Both the position numbers and the translations under genes were made by a program. A stretch of DNA of 64,000 bases, taken from Pelomyxa schiedti. Lineage: Eukaryota > Protista > Evosea. Of the stretch, positions 13,454 through 29,259 are shown piece by piece. The stretch covers positions 16,196 to 80,195 of the forward strand of contig JAHLWZ010000068.1 of assembly GCA_020536535.1 (NCBI GenBank), in the 5' to 3' direction. The notes beneath the pieces were generated by a model. The model worked only from the letters and a program-made list of their open reading frames with translations, was not told the origin of the DNA and did not search any database. Positions within the stretch are counted from its first letter, which is position 1. Each line of letters starts with the position of its first letter.

Positions 13454-13834
13454 ACGTACAGCAGAGGTGAATCCACCCAATACGTTGGACGTCGCACCAG
13501 GAGGAGGAGTACTCTGAGTAATTGCATATTGTTGTGGCGGCCGCTGTATCTGCTGCTGTTGCATCTGCATCTGCGACGACGGGGGGGGGGAAGCTGTTGC
13601 GCAGCACACATAGGCGCCGACCCGCATGGGCTGCTGCTGGTACGCCTGTTGCTGCTGCTGGCAGGCCTGGTACGAGGGCGAGGCGGCCTGCGCCATGCGG
13701 GCCGGCCGGTTTTGCGTGTACTCGAACGACTCGGCGTTGTAGTACTTGGGGGACATCGAGACGCTCTGGAGCTGGGGCTGCGGCTGTGGCTGGGGGCTGC
13801 TCCCTGTATTGCTCGGTGGCGGTTGGGCAGACAT
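11415..13834 (-). CDS. hypothetical protein with Gln/Pro-rich N-terminus and a conserved-looking alpha/beta domain ([45 protein letters not shown]); link of exon 1 across the gap is inferred
   Basis: Spliced exons 12654-11415 give an open frame. The exon starting at 12654 has no in-frame ATG and is preceded by TAG, read as an acceptor. Exon 13834-13460 ends at a phase-0 GTACGT donor. Confidence 0.6.
12692..13303 (+). CDS. RAC1: Rac1-like small GTPase, 3' part lost in assembly gap
   Basis: Six exons give [97 protein letters not shown]. Confidence 0.93.
13304..13403. other. assembly gap (run of N) flanked by a long poly-A tract
   Basis: Run of n characters followed by an A-tract to about 13451. 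Confidence 0.99.
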
Positions 13835-14094
13835 TTTTCGGTTTGGGCTTTTTTTTCTTTTTTTTTTTTTCGTTTGTTTGTTTCTCGTTTAGGCTTGTTG
13901 ACAGAGCGGAAGAAGAGCCTGTAGGAACAGAATTATCCCTGGCTATGTTGTGTTTTTAGGTACGAAGGAGGAGGTTCTCCTTGGAATTCTGGAATGCCAT
14001 GACTTGGTGGTTTTTCCCATTCGGGGAAGCATAAATTGCGACAAATCGAATTTGATCGTGTTGGTTGGCAACGAGAGCGAGCCGAAAGCCCATA

Positions 14095-15952
14095 ATGTCG
14101 GCGTTGCACTGCTTCTTTTGTGGGGGTAGTAAGTGCAAGTACGAGGACTACCTTCGCTGGGTGTCGGTTCACGACACCGCCAACGCCATCGAGGGACTTT
14201 TCAGTAATTGGATCACCGACGATATTTTGGCAACCGCCAGGCCCTCTTCCTCCCTTATAAGGCAATATGACATTGTAAATCAGTTCTTGAGGTTTCATTC
14301 ACTAACAACTTCTTTGGTCTAGCTCTTTTTGTGCTTTTCATAGATAGATATAACCTGCATCCTTGCAAAGCTATACTGACGAACCTCTTTTCTTCTTCCA
14401 TTAGGTTTAACATCAGGGCTGTTGTAAACTTGCAGCTCCCAGGCGAACATGCAAGTTGTGGTGACCGGTTGGTTGAAGGTGGGTTCAGCTATGATCCACA
14501 GGAATTTATGAATGCTGGAAGTCAGTGTTTTCTCCCTCTGTTGCTATCATGTTTTCGTTAATATTTGGGCAGTTTACTTCTACAGCTTTGGTTGGCCAGA
14601 TATGTCAACTCCTGACCTCTCTCATGCCCTCGATATTGTACAAGTAATGTGTTTTGAATTATCTAGAAACAGCAAGGTTAGACCAACACCTGAGACTCAA
14701 CATATTTATTCCACCTCTTAAGGTTGCAATTCACTGCCATGCCGGACTTGGTAAGATGTAGTCATGCTTCCTCTTTTCACGTTTCCAAGGTAGAACAGGC
14801 TTGGTCATATCCTGTTTTCTTGTATATTCCAAGAACATTTCTGCGGAGCAAGCAATATCTCAAGTACGATTGCACAGGTGTCAAGCCTTTCCTTCCTGTT
14901 ACACCCGCCATCCTGCCTTTTAAATGCGGATGTACCTCAGGCCCAGGTCTATTCAAACAAAGAAGCAAACATCCTTTGTCAAGCAGTTTGAGTTATATCT
15001 CAATGCACTAAAGAAATATTTCCCTGCGACATCACTTTCAGAGACACTTGCGAATCAAAGGCGATACCTGCATGGAGCAGAAAGCCGGCGTTTGTCAAAA
15101 ATTCCCAAAGTCCACCCAAGCCATTATTTTATTTCCTAATTTTATGCAGTTCATTGACGTAATTTGCGCCAGAGCTTCAACACTACAAGCACATCCACCT
15201 ACCAATATCTTGCTCCCTGATGCCAATTGCACAGGGTCGCTACTTAAGAATCTTTATGACACTCCCTCATCAGTACTTGAACAATTGAAGGTTTTCCTTT
15301 TTCCCATCTTTGGTGCCTCCCAACCCTTGTAAGGACAATGTCAACCAGGGAGATTGGGAATCACTTGCATGTGTTAATGACTTCACTCTTCTATGGCAAC
15401 TCGTTTTGGAATGGCTAAGAGGCCTCCAGCAGCCTTTAATACCGGCTAGAACAACTACAGTAAACTCCTTCCCAAAAACTACAACAGAGTTCCGTGTTTT
15501 GTGTCTCATTCTATACCCTGTTTTCAAATGTTAAATCAATCCTAGATGTTTGACACACCACATCTATCCCTCGATGCTATTGTGCCCACTGAAGCACTTC
15601 CAACTGTAAAACTGCTATGCTCCCTCTTACTCATGGTACATTCCAGTTCGCCAAAACAAACTAATGGAAGAAGTTTGAAGGCGAAGCGAGGAGCCAATCT
15701 GCACAAGCTTTGGCAGAATCACTGATGCCCGCGACTATGGAAAATAACAATCCAAGACACCATTGCACTTCACCACATTCCTCCAGCACCACCCCAAAAC
15801 AATCAGCATTAGCAACCACCACTACAACAACCACAACAACATCAACCTGCTCTGCGACTCATTGCCGCGGAAATTCCTCTCCACAACCCACACCACCGGC
15901 AATTCTGCAGTATCTAGCCGAACTGCTAATTACCACAGCAACCAATGTATAG
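14095..15952 (+). CDS. PTPDC1: protein tyrosine phosphatase domain-containing protein 1
   Basis: CGGSKCKYED..AIEGLFSNWITDDILATARPS, VNLQLPGEHASCG, FYSFGWPD, catalytic VAIHCHAGLGRTG and RPRSIQT all match the PTPDC1 family. Confidence 0.92.
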
Positions 15953-16320
15953 TCAGTGAGGGAAAAATTCCACCGAAAAAACCGGTAATGTAAGTATTCC
16001 AACTAATCATTTCGCACCACTGAGGGTGCTCTGGGACTAAAAAGCCGGGAACACCGGGTTTTTACCCAAATGAACCACTAAGCCAAAATGTTCTCTTCTT
16101 TCTTGGTGAAAAATTGTTGAATTGACCCGTCTATTCCACTGGAATTACACCACGGAGTGTTCACAGAAAACCCACCTCCTTCCGTACAAGGCAACCAAGC
16201 CCTCCTCTCACGAAAAGGAAAGCAAAAAGCAAAATCCCCAAAAAAACCAAAAGCGAAGAGCAGAGAGACAAAGCGAACACGCGACGAACCGTGAAAAGAC
16301 AAATAAAACCAAGATCTTGA

Positions 16321-20160
<3,840 letters not shown>

Positions 20161-20295
20161 ACTTACCAAAAACAATTAATTTCGTTTGTTGTCTTTGAAG
20201 TTTGTCAACCAAAACAATTTGGTTTTGATATTTTTTCCATTATTTACAAATTCTCTGGCAAAGTGCCAGAGAGAAGAGGGTTTGGAGAAATGGTT

Positions 20296-22170
20296 TCACA
20301 TTAATCTTGTCCATACAGCATGCTCCCCAACGTGTAAACTAGATCCCATAACAACAGAGTCCTTCGTACTGAACCAGTGAAGAGCCGAGCTGTTGCTGAG
20401 GTCTTTATCAAGGACCCATCCCTTGAAAGTGATTTTTTTGTCCCGCCCGTACTCAATGCGGCCACCATCAGACCAGTCGGTTCCTTCTTCTATTGTCACC
20501 AAGTTGTTACTCACCTGAGAAGTGTCTTCTTATTGAGGTTTGATTTTAAAAGTGAACTACCTGCAATTTTCGGCAACCACGAGTGCCTGTACTGCTTCGT
20601 AAATACGTTCCGTTTAAGTTGTCTTCCCAGCTGCGGTGTGTCCATGTGACAACTTCATTTGGGTCCCTGCTGTTGCCTTGTGCAATTGCAGTGGGTGTTG
20701 ACCTCCAGAGAAGTTGTTGAAGTGTACTGAGCGAAGTGTCCAGCATCCACCCTTCAAAGTAACATAGCCCATCACAGAAAGATATGTTATCGTTGAACAT
20801 CCAGGAGCCCGGAGTTCCTTCATAGCTGAATACTCTGCCATTAGCTTCTACGAGCAAGTGTTGCTCACCCCTGAAAATAAATATCAAAGGTGTGGTAACT
20901 GGGAAGGGACACAAACCTTACGGTAGTGGCATCTTTGGTGTACAGACCTGCTAGTTCCTTGAAGTTTCCTTTACGGAGCTGAGTGGGAGGAGCAGCACTC
21001 CATGACCCGTCACTGGAACGCCTCACTTGAACTTCATCAACTGTAAGAACAGCCGACTCCAGGAATGAAGGGTAGATGCTTCCTGGAACCCGTAAAAAGC
21101 GGTCACTGGCTCCCCATGAGTTGATGCATTCTATTGTACTGGTGGGTTTTCTAAGCCAGTACGCAGCATGAACCAGATGGCTGCCGTGCTGGCCAGTTGG
21201 TGTTGTTCGCTGCCCAACAACAATGCCTCCCACAATGGGAACTTTGTCCACAACTGGTTCGTATGTGGGATATTGCAGCTGGCGCATCTGATCAGCGGAG
21301 TTTACCAGTGTGTAACGAATTTTAAAGGTCATAAGAACAACTCCTCCCTTATCTTTGCCTGAGAACTTCATAGTTTTACCGATAACATTCATTGGGCCAC
21401 AAAGGAAAGGATTGCCAACCAAACCTGTAATTTTTTTGCTCCCATTCTGGAGTTCAACTCTTCGATAAGGTGCACGAAATCCGTAGCCGCATCAAACCCA
21501 ATCGCGATTACGGTAGAAGTTAGTGTAGCCAATTCACATTGTATGTTGTAGTCCAGACTGAGAAGCTGACACAAAGCACCCATGACACCCCACATGGTGC
21601 ATGTTCCAAATCCACCTTGGTCTCCTCCGACTCCATCTTCCGCTAAGGGAGTGGAGGAAGGGGCTATACAAGAGAGGAAAGTGTTATTTAGGTGATAATG
21701 AAACTTTGTTGCCTTCAACCTGGATCAGTTGTTCTTCCCACTTCTACAATAGACGCAGAGCCTAACACTTTTTCTCGTTCCACCTTGGCATCGTAACCAT
21801 AGAGCTTTAAAAGAAATGAATATATAAAATATATTTATATATTTTAAAAAACGAAATGGTCAAGGGTTTTAAAAAAAAAACCTTGCGCACTGCAGGTGGT
21901 GCTAGGCGGCCAGTTGGTTCTTTTTCCTCTATCACAACAATGCCCCTGGCTTGGCCATTTTTCCGGCTTTTGTGCATGTCGACGACGCAGAGCTTACCCC
22001 TGGCCAACAAACCGGTGTATCTCACGGTGTGACATTCCGAGGACGAGAACTTTGCGGTGATGTCTATCGCACCGTTGCGTCGGTTGTATGTCCCCGAGAG
22101 CGTCTTGGTTGGAGCTGACGGTACGTCGTTGTGGCATGTACCGCAAACGTTGTCATACTCATCAACCTAG
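20296..22170 (-). CDS. hypothetical protein containing a papain-like cysteine peptidase motif set; start uncertain
   Basis: DQGGFGTCTMW (Gln/Cys), GSHLVHAAY (His) and CINSWG (Asn) occur in papain order. ORF pieces are joined by GT-AG introns. Confidence 0.55.
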
Positions 22171-22528
22171 AATGTACTGATGTTACTTTTCATTTTTAGG
22201 TTGGAATTTGATATTGTGTTAGCTAGTTTAAGGTAATGGTGAAGTTCAAGACGCTGGCATTTTGGCGTTTAATTTTTTATTTGACTGCCGGAGTCGAGTG
22301 TGTTTGTTTGCCGTTTGGTGTGGAACATAGTGGAGTTGTAGTGAGGACTACACGGGAAATGGGAACATACAGTAAACGACAGAGCCCATCCTGCGAAGCA
22401 AAAGTCTGACCCCTCCCAACCAGTGCAGGCTCCCTTGTTATCTCTTCCTCCAATCTTGACAGACAACTGCCTCGCTCTTTAAAAAAAAAAAAGGAAAGTT
22501 TAGCCATCAACAATCCACTTAGTATTAC

Positions 22529-23740
22529 TTACAACGGGAGATTTTGTAAAACTACTCGCCAGTAGTCCACACCATCTGAAGCTTCCTTGCAATTCACATC
22601 ACAAGCCATTTCTAATCCATCACCCTCGAGGTCGTAGTTCCAAAGCCACTCTGTTGTCTGGAACCCAAGCCGGAGGAAGAGTGAAATGGCAGGCCTGTTG
22701 GTCCCACGACACTGTAGCATGATCTTGGCCAAATGCCACTGCCTTGTCATGTGGATGGCGAAGGCTATAAGTGCGCTACCAACCCCTGCTCCTCGGCAGG
22801 CTTCGCGCACTGCAACTTTGGTAAGGAGTGTATACTCTTTTTCACGCTGAAGGGCAATATATCCATTGACAACGTTTACTGGTTTGTAAGGAAGTTGAAA
22901 AACGAAATGAAGAGATTGATTGTACATTTTTTCACAGTGTAGATAGCAACATTGTTCCCTCGAAGAGCATTGTGGAAGTAGTTCGCTTCAAAGGGTTCGG
23001 AAAAAGAGTTCACCTCAATTTTAAGGACATCTTCTAGATCCGACTTGTGAAATGGTAATATCTTGAGAGCATCATCCGCTGGGAGATGTTGTAGAGCTCT
23101 ATTTATTATTTTATAACTCCTGAAAGCAGCTTGAGAGATTGCTTTTAAAAAAAAACATACACGTGAGCAAGTCTTGTGTAAGTTTCAAAGCTCTCTTGCA
23201 CGAAAGGAGAGGAAGGTAAACCGATAACAGATTTGGTGAAGATGTGACACGGATTATGCACCAGTTCACAAATACAGCCGGAGCAGAGGTTATAGTTGTC
23301 ACAATTCTTGCAGGCATACCTTTAGGTTATTATTGTGGGTTTTCAGTTTAGAAAACGAACCTTACACCAACCACAGGGAAATGGCAGTTTGAACACAGTA
23401 CACCTCTGTGAACTGAGTGCAATCTGGGAATACATGAGTAACCTTCAATGGGCGTCAGCCGCACGTGTCACACAGTGGCAAGCTTGTACTTCCTCGCATT
23501 CTTTGTTTTGTTGTAAAGCACAAAAAAAAATTTCCTGTCAAGCTCATTGTCCTCGCAACTTGGTCACCAAGCCAGAAGAAGTTGTGGGATGCTGCACAAC
23601 AGAAACCATCACACCCCGCCACGTGCCCCTCAGCACGAATAGGCTGTTTTGCCTGAGGCTATCTCCTTGTTGGCAGCTTCTAACCTGAGAAACTGATTGG
23701 CCAAGTCGGCAGATCTGGAAGCCCCAAAATTGCTGTAAAA
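22529..23740 (-). CDS. GNAT (RimI-like) acetyltransferase with upstream ZZ-type zinc finger; start uncertain
   Basis: GNAT motifs KVAVREACRGAGVGSAL, NRPAISLFLRLGF and KIEVNSFSEPF. ZZ motif VHRGVLCSNCHFPVVGVR|YACKNCDNYNLCSGC..H...H. Confidence 0.7.
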
Positions 23741-23771
23741 ACAAGAAAACTCCAAGCGACTAACCACCGAC

Positions 23772-24793
23772 ATGCAAGGTTCGGTGATGCGTTTTGTGAC
23801 GATATTGGAGGGAATAGTAAATTATCAACAATAATAAACTTGTATTTTGTGTGCGGTGTATTTTACAGTGTTGTTTTGTTGTTAACGTGTAAGATAGAGC
23901 AGTTGTTGAATCTGCGATTCGCTTCGAAACAACTTCAGAGACAGTCGGTCAAGTCTGAACAAAATGAAAAACGTGAGAAACTAAAAGCAAAGAAGGTATG
24001 CAGCTTATTTCCTTTCACAAAGCATATTATTATCTGTTTGATGGGTGGCCTCCTTGATTTTTTTTCCCCCTTTTTATTTTCTGATCCTACAAGGCAATGG
24101 AGAAGGGCAACATGGATGGTGCTCGCATTTATGCAGAAAATGCCATAAGAGAAAAAAGCATGGCTCTCAATTACCTTAAACTATCTTCCCGTATAGATGG
24201 TGTTGCCTCCCGTGTTGAACAAGCAATAAGAATGCGCGTAGTGAGTTACTTTGTTCATTGTGAAGTGTGATTAACAAACTCCTTCCTTTGTGCAGGTCAC
24301 AGGCTCTATGTCGGGTATTGTAAAATCATTGGATAAGGCCATGAAGACTATGGACCTTGCTCAGGTTCGTTCCCAATATTTGACATTCCTGTTCTCACAG
24401 TGCGTGTAGGTGACCCAAGTCATGGATCGCTTTGAAAAGCAGTTTGAGGATTTGGATGTCCAAGGTGCCTATGTTGAAAAAACCATGTCCAAGTCATCGG
24501 CACTTTCCACACCCGCTTCTGAGGTATACAATACCTAATTCTAACTGGAAGTCACCTCACCATTTCCACCTTCTCTCAAAAAGGTCGACCTTCTTCTGGA
24601 ACAAGTAGCTGATGAACACGGATTAGAGCTGGCCGAAGACTTGCATGATGTACCAATAAAACCACCAGTACTAAGAACCCCCGAGCACCAGCAGGACGAG
24701 TTGACAGCCAGGCTTGAGAAGTGTGCAAGCCAACACAAACAACTAAACAGTTATCTTACCTATCAAAACAGGCTCAAAACAGGGGGGAGCTAA
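23772..24793 (+). CDS. CHMP1: ESCRT-III-associated protein CHMP1/Did2/Vps46
   Basis: MQ|[74 protein letters not shown], the last being a MIM1-like tail. Confidence 0.93.
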
Positions 24794-25203
24794 GTCACAC
24801 TGCACCGCGTGTAAATAGGTCTGTCACCCCCAACACCAACAGAAAACCCAATCCCAGAAAGAAAGGAACAATCCCAGAGGTGAAATTCTCCAAAATGATG
24901 GTGATTTTGGAAAAAAATGGATTATCGGATTCGGAGCCTTTAGTGTAGATCTGTCTAAATCTGGTCCGTTTAAGGAAGTATACCGTGTGTCCACTTTTTT
25001 TTCTCGGTTTTTCTGGAGGAATGAATCGACAAAATGTTGAAGCGGTTTCCTTTTAGTCTTTTCTTCATTTCCCATTCTTCGCGCACACTTGCCTTATCCT
25101 CACTATTTGTTCTTCCGTTCTTTGTTGGTGTCGTTGCTGTGTGTGGGTTGGACCTAAACCAAAGTCAACAACAAACCTAAAACCCCAATAGCCATAAACC
25201 AAC

Positions 25204-28200
25204 ATGTCCAAACCACCCTCTTTTGCCTACTCCTGTAAAAACGACGAGGAGGCCAATGGCTCTCCTCCCATAATTCCTCTGCAACCAATCCCTCTATCTT
25301 GCCCTGGGTCGTCGCACCACAGCAGCTCCCACAATTACGCTCCCAACGACGACCAAGAGGAGGCCGACTACGAGCGTGGCCCTCATCCCGTCTCCGTTCC
25401 CATAACCAGGTCGAGCTCCTACAGCACTAGCTACAACTTCCAGAACGGAAACAACGCGAGCAACAGCGACCCCAACAGCAACGAAAACGCCGGCGATGAG
25501 CATTATGGGGCGCTGGCCAGTATCACGAAGAAATGTGGCCGCGGGGGAATCAAAGCAGCACTCGCCAAAGTGTACTATTCACCGCGGGTTCGATTCTCGC
25601 TACTGGTATTGCTACTTGTGGCCATCACGTGTGTGTCTGTCAGTGTCCTATGGTATGAGAGGTCTTTTTCAGCTTTGGGTGAATTGGATGACCAATTGAT
25701 ACAAGTCAAGACAGATGGTAATGAATTCTTTTGATGCCAGCCTCTCTCTCTCTCTCTCTTTGGCCCCAACCTCTTTGATTATAGCTCACTTTTGTTACTA
25801 TAGCAATTTTCAATATTGTCTACGATGTAACTGAGGTATTTTCTTTTGGAGCGGGTGAAAAAGGTCCCAATAATTTGTCACAGAAATTGAATGATGGCAT
25901 CAGTTTTCTAGAGCTGCAAGCCCGCCTGAATCCTGCCCTTCTCCAACCTGAAACTGCAAATGATATTTGGTCAGATATGATATCTTCTGCTTCAGTTGTA
26001 CGTCCACTGCCACATAATAATAAATGGCTTTTTAAAAAAAGCACCGTCTTTTAGAGCAAACTTCACCTCTTGATGCAATTTGTACCAGAGGACCCATATA
26101 CGTTTGATCCATCAAGCTGTGACTACGTTACTCCCGAATACTGCAACATGGTGCACCTTGTTTTTCTTTTTTGTTTTTGGAGTTAAATAGTAAAAGGATA
26201 AAACCACCCAAAGAATCTTACTTTGCATTTACTAGACCCAAACATCTGTTTCGGACTCTGGAGATTATTTCTCCATGTTGATGAGGTCAAAGTTCGCAAA
26301 TGATGGCAAAATGTGCGGTTATTATACAGATGTCGTAACATGCACATTACGACCGGTGTGCCTGCTCCCCAATACTAGCCGCTACTTATAAAGTTAGGCC
26401 TACTGTCTGAGTGGCCTTCCCCTTTACTGGGGATCATGGCTAACACCTGTAGTACCAACTGGGGAGCTATTTAATGACACAAGACTCATGTTTACAGGGT
26501 TTCTACTGATTTTCTATGTTTTTACTCTAATCGTAATTTTAGCACTGCAATGAACTATTTTGTTACCCTGGCTCGTGTATGTAGAGTAGTTGGTTCTTTT
26601 TCCTTACCTAATATGTGATAGGTATTGTTTTCCACAAATAGCACTCCTCTTGCGTGGTTCATAGTTGGAATGTCTATACCTAAAGTCTCCCTACCCCCAA
26701 ACTTTCTTTAGAGTAACAAGTATTTCATGGCAGATTAACGTGGTTTTGAATGAAATTCCTCTGGCCTCCAATGAATTTGCTTACATTCTAGACAGTACGG
26801 GGCATTTGATTGCCGCCATGGGCAACTTCTCAATCCCCGATACCTCATTTGGGTAGGAATAATTATTCCCATTGCTTGAAGTAACCGGAACAGTGCTATT
26901 TATCCCGCAGATTGTGGTGATGAGAGGATCATCGATACATATAATATTTTGCTGCAACAGGTAACTGATATACTGGGAATAGAAGAACCGATAACTAGTG
27001 AATATGGAAGCCGACACATGTTCTCTCTTTAGTAAACAATATTTCTTCCTAATTTTTACACAGTCAAGCAGCACCGTTTACCATGTTTCATGATGTTAGG
27101 TGGATTGTGGTTATTATAACTGAAAACAGGTACTACTAACACGTTTGTCTTAACCTAACTCTGCTGTACACAGTAATGCATACTTGAATTCCGTTTCTCA
27201 AATTTCAACTTTTATCTCTCTGGGTGTCATCGGGGTTCTTCTGGTCATATCGTATTCTTCCTAGCTTTTTTCTTTTGCATTTTAATGTTACTAAAGAGTG
27301 CTTTCTTCAATATCTCTATCAAAATCCCAGAAGGGAATTCGCCCTGCCCAAATCAATTTGGACTCGGGAATGATGAAGGTATTTTCTGTTTTACCAACAA
27401 GTCATTTTACTTTTATCTTTTAGGTCATTGAAAAACTGCGTGCCCTCAACCAGACTCTTATGAGCAATGCAGCTCACAAGACGGTGGATTCTATTATTGA
27501 GATGCTTGAGTGTACTGAGGGACTTTTTAAGCCCGACTTCAAGGAACAGAGCTCTCTTTTAGATAGTGATGTTCAAAAATGGTCTTAAAATCTCTGTGAC
27601 ATGTGTATAGTCTGACTCCAATAGGTTGGATTGCGAAATTATACCGAACGGGATCACTTCCCACTCCGCCCAATTTGTACGCGCATCTCCTGCAATTCCT
27701 GATTCCTTGGCCATGGAACAGTTACAAGAACCAGAACTGTTAGCCAACATTGACTGCTGGGATTACATGGTTTTTCTTTTGTTAATTATTTTTATAATTG
27801 ATAGAGTGATTTCCATGTAGGTCGATCACAAATTCCTATCTAAGGAGTATGTGCTGACTAAAGTAGCCTCTCAAGTTCTCTTAAAGCTGAGCGTATTTGA
27901 CCATGTCAGTGTCAAACTAGGACAAGTAGAATCTCTCTTTCAAGACGTTGAAAGTTTATACAAGGTATCCTGTTTTAAACAGGAACTTGTTTAACAATAA
28001 ACAGGATAATCCCTACCACAATTCCCATCACGCAACGGATGTAGTACAGTGCATTTACTACATCCTAACACATGGTCTAATTCCACTTCTTGGGCCCACA
28101 CCTTATTTAGAAATATTTTCGCTGATCTGTGCTGCTGTAATGCATGATGTGTGCCGCCTATTTTCTCTTTTTGGACTTACTGATTTTTTTTTCAGGTTGG

Positions 28201-29095
28201 ACATCCTGGAGTCAACAATGTACAACGACTGTGTACTTTTTTTTCCTTAAATTCTCTTAAAGGCTTTTTTGACTGCAACCAGTGATCCCATAGCAATACA
28301 GTTCAATGGTTCATCCTTGTTTATTCCATCGCATTCTAAAAGGACTAGATCGGAGCGTTCTCGAGAATTTGCATTCCAGTATCGGTGTAAAGCTTCTTTT
28401 ACAGCATGCCAAACAGTGGAGTCTTGCAGAAGCAGATCTAAAATTCGGTAATTCTCTTTTTTGGGATGAATTGTCCTGAGGAATACTAGTTCGAAGTACT
28501 CTCATTGAAATGATTCTTGGAACCGACATCTCCCACCACTTCGAAATTTTATCCAAGTTTCAGGTTTTGACCTGCCCACCATACGAATCTGTGAGTAATA
28601 TAATTCTACAGACAGTTCTGGAGGGAGGGAAGTTCGATCCCACACAAAACCTTGACCATAGACTTCAAATCATGAGTGTCACCTTAAAACTGGCCGATAT
28701 CTCCAATGTATGTCTTTGAGTACTCTCCTTATCTCATATTTTTAGTGCATGAGACCCCGCAAGAATATGCTTTTTTGGGTGAGCAGACTTGTCGAAGAGT
28801 TTTTCGGCCAAGGAGACCAGGAGGTTTGGTTCTCTTCTCACTGATTTAAGTTTTCTAACCCCTGAAGGCCGCATTGAACCTACCCCTGAGCCCCTTTACA
28901 GACCGGAAGAACGGTCTTTCCAAGCTCCCCAAACTACAAGCCAACTTCATTTCTCTGATTGCACAACCGCTGCTATCAACCTATACCAAAGTTGTGCCAT
29001 GCCCTGAAATTCAGAGTAATTTGCAGGCCAACATGGAATTCTGGGCATCGAATCCGATTTTCCATGACACATGGCTCTCCTCAGGCATACCCTAA
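25204..29095 (+). CDS. class I cyclic nucleotide phosphodiesterase with two TM helices flanking a Cache-like extracellular region
   Basis: PDE motifs NPYHNSHHATDV, AAVMHD|VGHPGVNN|AFL, FN|DRSVLENLH, MILGTDISHH, LKLADISN and EEFFGQGD. TM1 is FSLLVLLLVAITCVSVSVLWY and TM2 lies near 27200-27320. Confidence 0.9.
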
Positions 29096-29259
29096 GTAAC
29101 TTGTGTTACCAGATGGAAAGGAGGCGCACAGTAACTAGGGCGCCTCCAATTATATACACTAACAATGTAATTATTTCGTGTTGGGCTTTTTATTCTATTC
29201 CCACTCCCTTCACACTCAAATTTCCTTCCATATAGGCAGGAACTCACTGTCCTCCTCAC

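Noticed and set aside
16014-16063. Two small hairpins upstream of PFOR (GCACC/GGTGC and CCGG/CCGG)
   Set aside because: Stems of 4-5 bp are expected by chance and have no other RNA hallmarks.
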